Source of the DNA: Minisyncoccota bacterium
GTDB taxonomy: Bacteria; Patescibacteriota; Minisyncoccia; Phycocordibacterales; GCA-2747955
Length of the DNA: 40,893 nt
Assembly: GCA_020629435.1 (NCBI GenBank)
Contig: JAHDDI010000007.1
Location: 1 to 40,893 of the forward strand
Reading direction: 5' to 3'
Part shown: positions 24,436 through 33,851 of the stretch, in pieces
Layout of the letters: the number at the start of each line of letters is the position of its first letter
How positions within the stretch are numbered: the first letter of the stretch is position 1
The notes under the pieces: model-generated
What the model was told of the DNA's origin: nothing
Database searches by the model: none
What the model saw: only the letters and a program-made list of their open reading frames with translations
Program-made: the position numbers and the translations under genes

Positions 24436-24481
24436 ATATGTGTGTAAACTGTTGATTGCTCTGTATATGTGTAAAAACTGT
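24436..24481. repeat. two 17-nt direct repeats in the dnaB / pilin-M15 divergent intergenic region
   Basis: atatgtgtgtaaactgt (24436-24452) and atatgtgtaaaaactgt (24465-24481) are identical at 15 of 17 positions and spaced 29 nt start to start. A third partial copy, aatatgtg, lies at about 24497-24504. Confidence 0.6.
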
Positions 24482-24520
24482 GAGTAGGCTGTTTGTAATA
24501 TGTGCCTATTTCCATACATT

Positions 24521-24529
24521 TGTTACAAT
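24521..24529 (+). promoter_or_regulatory. extended -10 promoter TGtTACAAT, 6 nt before ATG 24536 (leaderless)
   Basis: TG at 24521-24522 and TACAAT at 24524-24529, then agaatc and the ATG. Confidence 0.6.
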
Positions 24530-24535
24530 AGAATC

Positions 24536-25705
24536 ATGAAAAAAATATTTTTTATTTTTGCGAGCCTATTTTTGTGTACTACGTTTGTGTTTGCTCAAAC
24601 AAATCCTGCAGATGAATATCAATTACTGTCAGGTGTACCAGGCCTCAGTGCAATCGACACATCATCCGGTAATTTTAGCGATTTCATAAACACCATCTAC
24701 CGTATGTCGATCGGTTTAGGTGCGGCACTTGCGGTAGTGATTATTCTGTTCGAAGGAATAAGATATTCACTCTCTGATTCGTTTGGTGTTAAAGCACAAC
24801 TAAAAGAAAAGATCATGATGTCCCTGGGTGGTCTTGCGTTATTGATGGGAGCATTTATTTTTTTGCAGTTTATTAATCCGGATTTGACTGATTTAGATAA
24901 CAAAGGTGTTGCATTTTCTAACATCGATAGTTCTGGTCTGGATTTTGAACCATTCAATGTTGTCTCAATTGAAAGCCTTCCTCCAACGTACACGTCACTA
25001 GAGACAAATGTCTGGATTGCGCAAGATGGAACAGGAGGTACGTTTGATACTGAGCAAGAATGTTTGGCAAACGGAGTAAGTTTGGACCCAAGAAGCCCAA
25101 CGAGGTGTCAATATATTCCAAATCCTGACGTTGGTAGTACTTCTGTACCACCTGATCCTAATCAAAATGGAGTTCTAACATTGGCAGCACGAAGCCCCTA
25201 TATGAACTTGACTTTAAATTCGGCAACTATTGCGCAAACCCCAGCCTTGGATGGTTGGCCTGTAAATCCATACAGATCTCCTGTTGATTTTATAGACTGT
25301 AAGGGAAAAAGTTCTGGAACACAGTCAGTTCTGGTAACACAAAGAGCTGTAGCTGCAGATGCATATATTAATTATAATTTAGAGCGATTAGGTCTCCCAT
25401 ATCCGATACCAATTAACTCGGCCTATCGTCATAATCCTGATTGTGATACGACTGGTACACGTGCTAATCACCCATATGGTGCATCGTTTGATTATTCTAT
25501 AAGACCATACAATTCAGACCAAAAACGCATGTTACAGCAGATTGTTTTAGATTCTGGCGCTATGAGAATGGGTTTTGGTGCAAATTTTTACCATGTTCAA
25601 TGGGATGGCAGGGGGAGTGGTCCGAATGTGTACTGGTGTTACAGTAGTAATCCAAATGGTTCGTATGCGCCCATGCCAAGCGGATGGAGAACAGGATCTT
25701 GTTAA
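24536..25705 (+). CDS. secreted/membrane fusion protein: T4SS-pilin-like (TrbC/VirB2-type, CPR family) N-terminal module plus C-terminal LAS/M15-type peptidoglycan peptidase domain
   Basis: Signal peptide MKKIFFIFASLFLCTTFVFAQ. The pilin-like module has two TM segments (EYQLLSGVPGL...IYRMSIGLGAALAVVIILFEGIRY...LGGLALLMGAFIFLQFINPDL). The C-terminus carries the M15/LAS motifs NSAYRHN...ANHPYGASFDY (SxHxxGxAxD-like) and NFYHVQWD. Confidence 0.65.
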   Translation: MKKIFFIFASLFLCTTFVFAQTNPADEYQLLSGVPGLSAIDTSSGNFSDFINTIYRMSIGLGAALAVVIILFEGIRYSLSDSFGVKAQLKEKIMMSLGGLALLMGAFIFLQFINPDLTDLDNKGVAFSNIDSSGLDFEPFNVVSIESLPPTYTSLETNVWIAQDGTGGTFDTEQECLANGVSLDPRSPTRCQYIPNPDVGSTSVPPDPNQNGVLTLAARSPYMNLTLNSATIAQTPALDGWPVNPYRSPVDFIDCKGKSSGTQSVLVTQRAVAADAYINYNLERLGLPYPIPINSAYRHNPDCDTTGTRANHPYGASFDYSIRPYNSDQKRMLQQIVLDSGAMRMGFGANFYHVQWDGRGSGPNVYWCYSSNPNGSYAPMPSGWRTGSC

Positions 25706-25717
25706 AAACAAATTATT

Positions 25718-25726
25718 TGTTATAAT
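25718..25726 (+). promoter_or_regulatory. extended -10 promoter TGtTATAAT for rpoBC (about 86-nt leader)
   Basis: Perfect TGnTATAAT 13 nt after the upstream stop. The leader contains an AT-rich hairpin, caaacaata (25775-25783) pairing with tattgtttg (25788-25796), which also holds a second TATAAT (25782-25787). Confidence 0.5.
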
Positions 25727-25818
25727 CCCGCGACACAAATTCCGATTTAGTTTTTCCTGTGTAGATTAGTAACTCAAACAATATAATTATTGTTTGTAAT
25801 TTAAATACAAGAGAACAT

Positions 25819-28800
25819 ATGGTTGGATCTTACGAGAAAAAAACTTTTGGTCGGTACAAAACTCCTTTGACCGAAATGCCAAATTTGGTACAGCACCAGA
25901 CAGATTCTTTTGAAAAATTTCTTTCAAAAGGAATGGGGGATTTATTAAAAGAATTTTCACCAATTTCAGACTACGCTGAAAAGAAATTCGATTTATCTTT
26001 TGATGACATCAAAATCACTAAACCTGATTACGATGAATTTCATGCAAAAGTAAACCGTCTTTCTTACGAATGTAGTGTAAAAATTAATGCAACGTTAACA
26101 AATAAAATTTCAGGATCTGAAAAAACTCAGGAAATTTTCATGTTGGACTTACCTATGATGACGGATCATGGGACTTTCATCGTTAATGGAATCGAAAAAG
26201 TAATTGTTCCACAGCTGGCACGTTCATTTGGAATATTCTTTAACGTAGACGATACAAAAACAAAGCGATTGTTTGGGGCAAAAATTATTCCTGCACGTGG
26301 ATCGTGGTTGGAATTCGAAACTGATACAAACGATGCAATGTATGTAAAGATTGACCGAAAACGTAAAATCGCGGTAACTTCATTGTTGCGAATTTTGGGT
26401 GCATCAACAGACGAAGCAATCATGAAATTATTTTCTGATGACGAAGTAAAACGTTACATCACTAATTCGTTAGCAAAAGATTCAGCACATGATTTAGATT
26501 CTTCATATACAGAAATTTACAAACGTCTGCGAGATGGTGAAATCGTGGCACCAGTTCACGCAAAAGAATTTGCTGAATCGTTGTTTATGTCATCTGAACG
26601 ATATGATTTATCTGAAATGGGACGAATTCGATTTAATGAACGATTTGGAATGTCTGTGCCTAAAAAATATGGCGCTAAGGACCAGGTTATTTCTTTGGAA
26701 GATGTTGTAAATATTGTTGAATATGTTGTTAAATTGAATACAACACCAGGTTCTCAGCCAGATGATATTGATAACTTAGGGTCTCGACGACTACGATTTT
26801 TTGACGAAATGGTTGCTCAGAAATTCCGACTAGGAATGCTGCAGATGAAACGAAATATCCAAGACCGAATGTCTATTTCTGATTCTGAAACAACAGACCC
26901 ATCACACTTTGTTAACCCACGACCATTGCAGGCACGTGTTAAAGAATTCTTTAATACCAACCAATTGTGTCAGTTTATGGGACAAGACAATGTGTTGACA
27001 GAAATTGAAAACTTGAGAACAGTTTCTGCGCTTGGACCCGGTGGATTAGTACGAGAGCGAGCTGGTTTCGAAGTTCGAGATGTGCACCCATCGCACTACG
27101 GACGACTATGTCCAATTCAAACACCCGAAGGTCAAAATATTGGTTTGATTCTACGTCTTTCTTCTTATGCAACAGTAAACCGTTTCGGAATCATTGAAAC
27201 TCCATACGCAGTTGTAGAAAAAGGAAAAATCACAGACAAAGTTGAGTATATTGATGCATACAAAGAAGAGCAATCAAATGTAGCGCACTCTGCTGTAGAA
27301 GTAGACAAAAATGGAAAACTTACTCATGACATGATCGAAGTGCGTCATGGTGGGGAACCACGACTGGTTAAACGAGACGATGTTCAATTTGTGGATGTCT
27401 CTGCGTACCAACCATTCTCTGTTGCTACTGCCATGATTCCTTTTGTGAATCACAACGAGGCCAACCGAGCGCTCATGGGTAGTAACATGCAAAAACAAGC
27501 AGTGCCGTGTATTGCACCAGATGCACCGCTTGTTGCTACAGGTATCGAATCAGATGCAGCACGATTTTCTGGACGGTTAGTTTACGCTAAAGAAGCTGGA
27601 GAAGTGACATTTGTTGACGCAAGTAAAGTTGTTGTAAAAGGTGCTAAAAAAGAATTTACTTACAATCTAGTAAACTTTGCACGAACAAACGCAGCGTCAA
27701 ACTATCACCAACGACCGACAGTATTATTAGGACAAAAAGTAAAAGAAGGTGATTTGCTGGCTGACATGTCTACATCGGATAACGGACAGATTGCTGTGGG
27801 GCAAAACGTACTTGTTGCGTTCATGTCTTTCTACGGAGCAAACTTTGAGGATGCGATTATTGTGTCAGAACGGCTTGTAAAAGAGTCAAAATTCACAAAT
27901 ATTCACATTGTAGAAGAAGTTGCAGAGGTTCGAGACACTAAACTTGGACCCGAACAAACTACACACGATATTCCAAACGTTTCAGAAGCAAAACTACGAT
28001 TTTTGGATGAAGAAGGAATTATTCGTGTTGGGGCAGAAGTAGAACGAGGAGATATTTTGGTTGGGAAAATTACACCCAAAGGTGAAACTCAGTTAACTCC
28101 AGAAGAACGACTATTACGGTCTATCTTTGGAGAAAAAGCGCGAGACGTGAAAGATACATCATTACGATATAAAGGTGGTTCAAAAGCACGAGTAATCGGT
28201 GTGAAAATCTTTGACCGATCAAAAGGTGAGATTTCTGAATCAGGGGTGATTAAAAAAATCTATATTCAACTAGCTGAATTACGAAACGTAACTGTAGGTG
28301 ACAAACTATCTGGACGACACGGTAATAAAGGGGTTGTCTCACAGGTACTTCCTGAAGAAGACATGCCGTACATGGAAGACGGAACTCCAATTGACTTGAT
28401 TTTGACTCCGCTTGGAGTGCCATCTCGAATGAACCTAGGTCAGATTCTAGAAGTTCACTTAGGACTTGCAGCAAATTCATTAAATTACCAAGCGATCGTA
28501 CCACCATTCTCTGGTGCAACTGACGCTGAAATTAAAGAAGAGCTGTCTAAAGCGGGATTCAAAGAAAGTGGGAAAATGCCACTCTTAGATGGTCGAACAG
28601 GTGAAATGTTTGCACAGGATATTACTGTCGGATACATGTATATTCTGAAACTGCACCACATGGTTGAAGATAAGATTCACATGCGTTCAATTGGACCGTA
28701 CAGTCTAATCAACCAACAACCGCTTGGAGGTAAATCAAATGAAGGAGGTCAGCGATTTGGAGAAATGGAGGTCTGGGCACTGTTAGGACATGGAGCAGCC

Positions 28801-28995
28801 TACACTCTACGAGAAATTTTGACTGTAAAGTCAGATGACATTATTGGTCGGTCGGCTATGTACGACGCGATCATTAAAGGACGAAACGCGGTTCTTCCAA
28901 ATACTCCTGAATCATTTAACGTGATGATGAACAACCTAAAAGGTCTTTCATTGGATGTAGAATTATTAGACGAAGGCGAAAGAGCTTCTTCATAA
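25819..28995 (+). CDS. rpoB: DNA-directed RNA polymerase subunit beta
   Basis: 1058 aa, collinear with RpoB (GTFIVNGIEKVIV, NLGSRR, MGSNMQKQAVP, GRHGNKGVVS, FGEMEVWAL). Confidence 0.97.
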   Translation: MVGSYEKKTFGRYKTPLTEMPNLVQHQTDSFEKFLSKGMGDLLKEFSPISDYAEKKFDLSFDDIKITKPDYDEFHAKVNRLSYECSVKINATLTNKISGSEKTQEIFMLDLPMMTDHGTFIVNGIEKVIVPQLARSFGIFFNVDDTKTKRLFGAKIIPARGSWLEFETDTNDAMYVKIDRKRKIAVTSLLRILGASTDEAIMKLFSDDEVKRYITNSLAKDSAHDLDSSYTEIYKRLRDGEIVAPVHAKEFAESLFMSSERYDLSEMGRIRFNERFGMSVPKKYGAKDQVISLEDVVNIVEYVVKLNTTPGSQPDDIDNLGSRRLRFFDEMVAQKFRLGMLQMKRNIQDRMSISDSETTDPSHFVNPRPLQARVKEFFNTNQLCQFMGQDNVLTEIENLRTVSALGPGGLVRERAGFEVRDVHPSHYGRLCPIQTPEGQNIGLILRLSSYATVNRFGIIETPYAVVEKGKITDKVEYIDAYKEEQSNVAHSAVEVDKNGKLTHDMIEVRHGGEPRLVKRDDVQFVDVSAYQPFSVATAMIPFVNHNEANRALMGSNMQKQAVPCIAPDAPLVATGIESDAARFSGRLVYAKEAGEVTFVDASKVVVKGAKKEFTYNLVNFARTNAASNYHQRPTVLLGQKVKEGDLLADMSTSDNGQIAVGQNVLVAFMSFYGANFEDAIIVSERLVKESKFTNIHIVEEVAEVRDTKLGPEQTTHDIPNVSEAKLRFLDEEGIIRVGAEVERGDILVGKITPKGETQLTPEERLLRSIFGEKARDVKDTSLRYKGGSKARVIGVKIFDRSKGEISESGVIKKIYIQLAELRNVTVGDKLSGRHGNKGVVSQVLPEEDMPYMEDGTPIDLILTPLGVPSRMNLGQILEVHLGLAANSLNYQAIVPPFSGATDAEIKEELSKAGFKESGKMPLLDGRTGEMFAQDITVGYMYILKLHHMVEDKIHMRSIGPYSLINQQPLGGKSNEGGQRFGEMEVWALLGHGAAYTLREILTVKSDDIIGRSAMYDAIIKGRNAVLPNTPESFNVMMNNLKGLSLDVELLDEGERASS

Positions 28996-29008
28996 CCCAT
29001 AAGAATAT

Positions 29009-32000
29009 ATGAAAGAATACAAAAATAGATCTAATTTTGACACCGTGCAACTGCGTGTTGCATCGCCAGAAAAGATTCTTGGCTGGTCAAGTGGAGAAGT
29101 TACACGACCAGAGACAATTAATTACCGAACACAGCGTTCAGAAAAAGGTGGTCTTTTTGACGAAAAAATCTTTGGACCTGAAAAAGACTTTGAATGTTAC
29201 TGTGGAAAATACAAAGGAATTCGATACAAAGGAATTGTTTGTGAAAAATGTGGCGTAGAAATTACTCGTTCAGTTGTTCGACGTAGTCGAATGGGTCACA
29301 TTGAATTAGCATCACCAGTATCACACATTTGGTACTTGCGTTCTATTCCGTCTCGAATCGGATTGATCATGGGGCTAACCATGGCTGACTTGGAAAAAGT
29401 TATTTACTTTGGTGGATACATCGTCCGGTCAGTCAACGAAGACGAACGTAAAGCAATTTTAGACAAACTAGATTCAGAATACAAAAGTAAAGCGGCTCAG
29501 TTAGAAAAGGATTCTGACCTAAACCAACTAAAAGATTTGTTTAAAACTGTTAAAACAGAAGTACTGTCTTTGAATGTTGGTGACGTGCTTGATGAAATTA
29601 AACACTCTAAGTACATGATTAAATACCCGAATCTATTTGAATCTGGTATTGGCGCTGAAGCAATGTTCGAAATTGCAAAAGAGATTGATTTGAAAAAATT
29701 ACTGAAAAGTCTTGAAAAAAGAATGGAAACAGTTGGTTCTGTTGAGCGACCAAAATTAATTAAGCGAATTAATTTGGTACGAAACATGATAACAGGAGGT
29801 CTGCGACCAGAATGGTTATTCATGACACACGTACCGATTTCTCCTCCGGCATTGCGGCCGATGGTTGCACTTGGTGGTGGACGACACGCAACATCAGATA
29901 TTAATGATTTGTACCGACGTGTGATTAACCGAAACAATCGATTGAAAAAATTGATGGGTATTGGTGCACCTGACGTTATTTTGCGAAATGAAAAACGAAT
30001 CTTGCAAGAAGCAGTAGACGCATTGATAGACAACAACATGCGTTCTGGTGGATCTCAGGCTTTGTCATCTGCACAGAAACGACCATTGAAATCACTATCT
30101 GAAAACTTGAAAGGTAAGTCAGGAATTTTCCGACAGAATCTATTAGGTAAGCGTGTAGATTATTCTGGACGTTCTGTGATTGTTGTTGGACCAGAATTAA
30201 ATATGGACGAGTGTGGTCTACCAAAGAAAATGGCACTGGAATTATTCCGACCATTTGTTGTAGGGCAGTTAATTCAACGTGAATACGCACACAATATTAA
30301 ATTGGCAAACCGATTAATCGACGAGTCAGAAGATTACGTGTGGGCACTGTTAGAAGAAGTAATGCAAGGAAAGTACGTATTATTGAACCGTGCACCGACA
30401 TTGCACAAATTAGGACTCCAGGCATTCCGACCACAATTAACAGAAGGTAAGTCAATTCGACTACACCCATCTGTGTGTGCGGCCTTTAATGCTGACTTCG
30501 ATGGGGATACAATGGCGGTTCACTTACCATTATCTGCAGAAGCACAAGCAGAGGCTCAAAACATCATGGCATCAGACAAAAATGTTCTGAAGCCAGGTAA
30601 TGGAGAATTAATTGTTAATTCAAAGTTGGATGTAGTATTGGGTTCTTACTGGGCAACAAAGATTGTTGCTGGACTTAAGGGAGAAGGAAAAGTATTTGCA
30701 TCTCCAAATGACGCGATTAATTCTTGGGATTACGGTGTGACTGATTTCCGAGCAAGCATTAAAGTCTTGGGAACAGATACTCCGAAATACAATGAATTTG
30801 ATGGACAAGTGTTCGAAACATCTGTAGGACGATTGTTGTTTAACTCGTATCTTCCATCAGACTACCCATTTGTTAATCGACTGATGGACAAAAAAGGTAT
30901 TTCTGCATTAGAAAATGAATTGATTGCATTCTACGGAATTGCCCGAATTCCAAAAATTCTTGATTCAATCAAAAATTTCGGATTCAAATACGCAACAATC
31001 TCGGGGATTACTTGGTCAAATGACGACGTTGTTGTTCCAAAAGAAAAAGCAGGATTAATTGAGGAAGGAGACAAACGAGTTGCATCTGTATGGGATCAGT
31101 ACAGTAATGGATTGATTTCAAAAGACGAACGTCGACGTAAAAATGTTGAAATCTGGTTAGATATCAAAGGGCGAGTAGAGGACGCAATTCCTGATGCTAT
31201 GGATGAAGAATCGTCTGTCTCAGATATGACTAACTCTGGAGCGCGTGGTTCCAAGGGTAACTTGTCTACAATGGCCGGAATGAAGGGTATCGTTAATAAC
31301 GTAACAAACGAAGCAATTGAGTTCCCAGTTAAATCTTCTACAAAAGAAGGACTAGACCCGATTGAATACTTTATTACAACACACGGTTCTCGAAAGGGAC
31401 TTGCCGATACTGCGTTGAATACAGCGAAGGCGGGGTACCTGACACGACGACTGTTTGATGTATGTCAGGATATGATCGTTCGAGAAAAAGACTGTAAGAC
31501 AAAAAATTCAATTTTAATTGAACGAACTACAGAGTCTGGTATTCAAATTCCACTATCGAAAAATATTAGAGGACGTGTACTTGCGCAAGATATAACTGGA
31601 CCAAAAGGAAAAGAATTGTATTCTGCAGGACACTTTGTCACTATTAAGGATGCGATGGACATCGAAGAGTTAGAGCACGTTGAAACAATCGAAGTGTATT
31701 CTCCGATTACCTGTGCGACACTCGATGGTGTATGTCAAAAATGTTACGGAATGGACATGGGAGGGGACCAGTATGCAGATGTTGGTGAAACAGTAGGAAC
31801 AATTGCTGCACAAGCGATTGGAGAACCTGGAACACAGCTAACGATGCGTACGTTCCACTCTGCGGGTGCTGCGACAGTTGGTGGAGACATCACGTCAGGA
31901 CTGCCTCGAGTTGAGGAAATCTTTGAAAGACGAAAACCAAAAGTGCCAGCAGTTATTGCAAAAGAAACTGGTGAAGTACTAAAAATTGAAGAGGAAGGGA

Positions 32001-32734
32001 CAAAGAAATTAATTACCGTACTAGAAGAGCCAGCAGGTAAAAACGAAGGCGGAGAAGTAATTTACAAGATTCCATTCTTGCGAACCCCAACAGTTGTTGT
32101 TGGGCAACGAATAATTAAGGGGCAACTCATTACAGATGGTTCAGCAAACCTAGAAGAAATGCTGCAGCTAGCTGGAAAACAAGCAACTGAAAATTACATT
32201 ATTGCTGAAACCGTAGCAATCTATGAATTACAAGGTTCGTCTGTTTCTCGAAAACACATCGAGGTTGTGATCAAGCAAATGTTCTCTCGGTCAAAGATAA
32301 CTGAATCAGGAGATACAAACTTGGCAGTAGGGCAAGTGGTAGAAAATGCAACATTGGACGCATTGAACAAAGAAATCAAAGCAGCCAAAGGTGATATTGC
32401 AAAAGCAGACCTGATGGTACTAGGTATTTCCGAAGTATCGCTGTCTCGAGATTCATTCTTGTCTGCAGCATCATTCCAACACACAGTTCGAATCTTGATT
32501 GATTCATCACTACGTGGAGCAAAAGACCACCTAAAAGGTCTCAAGGAAAACGTAATCATTGGGCGACTTATTCCAGCAGGTTCTGGATACGAAGGGTCGG
32601 CGAAACAAAAAATGATTGCCAAGGTTCAAGAAGTGACCATGGCAGAAGATGCAGCACTTGATCTGGTAGAAGCAGAACAGCGCGAAATTCAAGAAGCTGA
32701 ACGAGCTGCAAAGCGAGAAGCTGAAAATGCATAA
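29009..32734 (+). CDS. rpoC: DNA-directed RNA polymerase subunit beta'
   Basis: 1241 aa. Zn-binding CYCGKYKG...CEKCG, catalytic NADFDGD, and the trigger loop/bridge helix regions. Begins 13 nt after rpoB. Confidence 0.97.
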   Translation: MKEYKNRSNFDTVQLRVASPEKILGWSSGEVTRPETINYRTQRSEKGGLFDEKIFGPEKDFECYCGKYKGIRYKGIVCEKCGVEITRSVVRRSRMGHIELASPVSHIWYLRSIPSRIGLIMGLTMADLEKVIYFGGYIVRSVNEDERKAILDKLDSEYKSKAAQLEKDSDLNQLKDLFKTVKTEVLSLNVGDVLDEIKHSKYMIKYPNLFESGIGAEAMFEIAKEIDLKKLLKSLEKRMETVGSVERPKLIKRINLVRNMITGGLRPEWLFMTHVPISPPALRPMVALGGGRHATSDINDLYRRVINRNNRLKKLMGIGAPDVILRNEKRILQEAVDALIDNNMRSGGSQALSSAQKRPLKSLSENLKGKSGIFRQNLLGKRVDYSGRSVIVVGPELNMDECGLPKKMALELFRPFVVGQLIQREYAHNIKLANRLIDESEDYVWALLEEVMQGKYVLLNRAPTLHKLGLQAFRPQLTEGKSIRLHPSVCAAFNADFDGDTMAVHLPLSAEAQAEAQNIMASDKNVLKPGNGELIVNSKLDVVLGSYWATKIVAGLKGEGKVFASPNDAINSWDYGVTDFRASIKVLGTDTPKYNEFDGQVFETSVGRLLFNSYLPSDYPFVNRLMDKKGISALENELIAFYGIARIPKILDSIKNFGFKYATISGITWSNDDVVVPKEKAGLIEEGDKRVASVWDQYSNGLISKDERRRKNVEIWLDIKGRVEDAIPDAMDEESSVSDMTNSGARGSKGNLSTMAGMKGIVNNVTNEAIEFPVKSSTKEGLDPIEYFITTHGSRKGLADTALNTAKAGYLTRRLFDVCQDMIVREKDCKTKNSILIERTTESGIQIPLSKNIRGRVLAQDITGPKGKELYSAGHFVTIKDAMDIEELEHVETIEVYSPITCATLDGVCQKCYGMDMGGDQYADVGETVGTIAAQAIGEPGTQLTMRTFHSAGAATVGGDITSGLPRVEEIFERRKPKVPAVIAKETGEVLKIEEEGTKKLITVLEEPAGKNEGGEVIYKIPFLRTPTVVVGQRIIKGQLITDGSANLEEMLQLAGKQATENYIIAETVAIYELQGSSVSRKHIEVVIKQMFSRSKITESGDTNLAVGQVVENATLDALNKEIKAAKGDIAKADLMVLGISEVSLSRDSFLSAASFQHTVRILIDSSLRGAKDHLKGLKENVIIGRLIPAGSGYEGSAKQKMIAKVQEVTMAEDAALDLVEAEQREIQEAERAAKREAENA

Positions 32735-32747
32735 TTACAATATGTAA

Positions 32748-32785
32748 TGCAAAACAAAAAGCCCAAGAGGGCTTTTTGTTTTGCA
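32748..32785 (+). terminator. strong rho-independent terminator after rpoC
   Basis: Perfect 17-bp stem: tgcaaaacaaaaagccc (32748-32764) pairs with gggctttttgttttgca (32769-32785), with loop aaga. Confidence 0.85.
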
Positions 32786-32814
32786 CATGTATACATGAGA
32801 CTGCGGATAATTAT

Positions 32815-32823
32815 TGATATAAT
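32815..32823 (+). promoter_or_regulatory. extended -10 promoter TGaTATAAT, 6 nt before ATG 32830 (leaderless)
   Basis: TG at 32815-32816 and TATAAT at 32818-32823, then tagtca and the ATG. Embedded in a 17-nt block identical to 914-930. Confidence 0.6.
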
Positions 32824-32829
32824 TAGTCA

Positions 32830-33798
32830 ATGAAAAAAATAGTATCTCTAGGTCTGCTGTCTTTAGTAGCCACAATGACATTACATACAAGTGCACACGC
32901 CAGTGCAATGTGTGGTGACGGAAATCAGCGTTTTACCATGCTAGATAAAGGTGAGACGGTATTTTATGCAGGACAGTCAGAACAGTTTATTGTCACTCGA
33001 CAAGCTGAAAATAAAATTACTGTTCAAGATACCATTGATTGTCGATTTGGAAAGGACGTATTGATTGATATTTCGAATGTACGATTTCTAGACGAGACTA
33101 TTGCCGTTGATGAACTGGTTATCAAAAGCGCTTCTCAACAAATGGAAAAAGGTTATTTGGCATTACTGTTGACCAATGCACTTAATTCTATATTTGGAAA
33201 AACAGTACAAGAAGAAGAGCAAGAGGTAATCCCACAGAATAATACAAACACAACCAGTAGTTTTGGATTTGGAAATGCCAACACAGGAAGTACTTTTGGC
33301 ACAAGCAATAGTAATATAAATTCTACTAATTTTGGAAATGTATCATTAAATTCAAATGGATTTAATTCAGCTTTTCCAGTAGGTTCATTTTCGGGAGCAG
33401 GAAATGTCACTGTCCCGCAAAATAATTTCCAAAATCAATCAAATGGATTTAATACAGCTGGGCAATTTCCAACAGTTAACACAAACTATAATCAAAATTA
33501 TTCATCGTATAACGCTAACCCATTTAGCACATTTGGAAGCCAAAGCACCCAACAATTTACACCAACATTGGCTCAAGCTATAGTTACATGGGACACGTCA
33601 CGTGCTAGTGCAAATGGAATTATTTATTTTGACACAATCAACAGTCAAGGAAAACATTTCTACTTAGGAGCTGCTTCAAATTCTGCTGGATCAGCACAAA
33701 TAAGCATCCCGGCAGAGCTGTATACAGAGTCAAGCATTAAAGTGTTTATCAAATCTGGAACTTCAGTTATTGGCACCTACACTATTAATTTGCAATAA
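32830..33798 (+). CDS. secreted protein with an N/Q/S/T/G-rich FG-repeat low-complexity core
   Basis: Signal peptide MKKIVSLGLLSLVATMTLHTSAHA. Folded N-terminal (~100 aa) and C-terminal (~80 aa, beta-rich) regions flank SSFGFGNANTGSTFGTSNSNINSTNFGN...NGFNTAGQF...NPFSTFGSQ. Confidence 0.5.
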   Translation: MKKIVSLGLLSLVATMTLHTSAHASAMCGDGNQRFTMLDKGETVFYAGQSEQFIVTRQAENKITVQDTIDCRFGKDVLIDISNVRFLDETIAVDELVIKSASQQMEKGYLALLLTNALNSIFGKTVQEEEQEVIPQNNTNTTSSFGFGNANTGSTFGTSNSNINSTNFGNVSLNSNGFNSAFPVGSFSGAGNVTVPQNNFQNQSNGFNTAGQFPTVNTNYNQNYSSYNANPFSTFGSQSTQQFTPTLAQAIVTWDTSRASANGIIYFDTINSQGKHFYLGAASNSAGSAQISIPAELYTESSIKVFIKSGTSVIGTYTINLQ

Positions 33799-33836
33799 TT
33801 ATCAAATACTTCATATGTAATTATTACCGTTTTACA

Positions 33837-33845
33837 TGGTAGAAT
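33837..33845 (+). promoter_or_regulatory. extended -10 promoter TGgTAGAAT, 6 nt before the dnaG ATG 33852 (leaderless)
   Basis: TG at 33837-33838 and TAGAAT at 33840-33845, then tgcttt and the ATG. Confidence 0.6.
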
Positions 33846-33851
33846 TGCTTT

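Noticed and set aside
25706-25722. Palindrome aacaaat-t-atttgtt after the pilin-peptidase stop, as a terminator.
   Set aside because: A 1-nt loop is sterically impossible for a hairpin. It more likely just flanks the rpoB promoter TGTTATAAT.
29497-30290. Long antisense ORFs (180 aa and 104 aa) inside rpoC. Similar antisense ORFs lie inside rpoB, serS, dus, rnj, the dsbA-like gene (18179-18623), infB and others.
   Set aside because: They lie entirely within strongly supported conserved genes on the opposite strand. They have low-complexity or hydrophobic translations typical of shadow frames in AT-rich DNA, and they have no promoter or start context.
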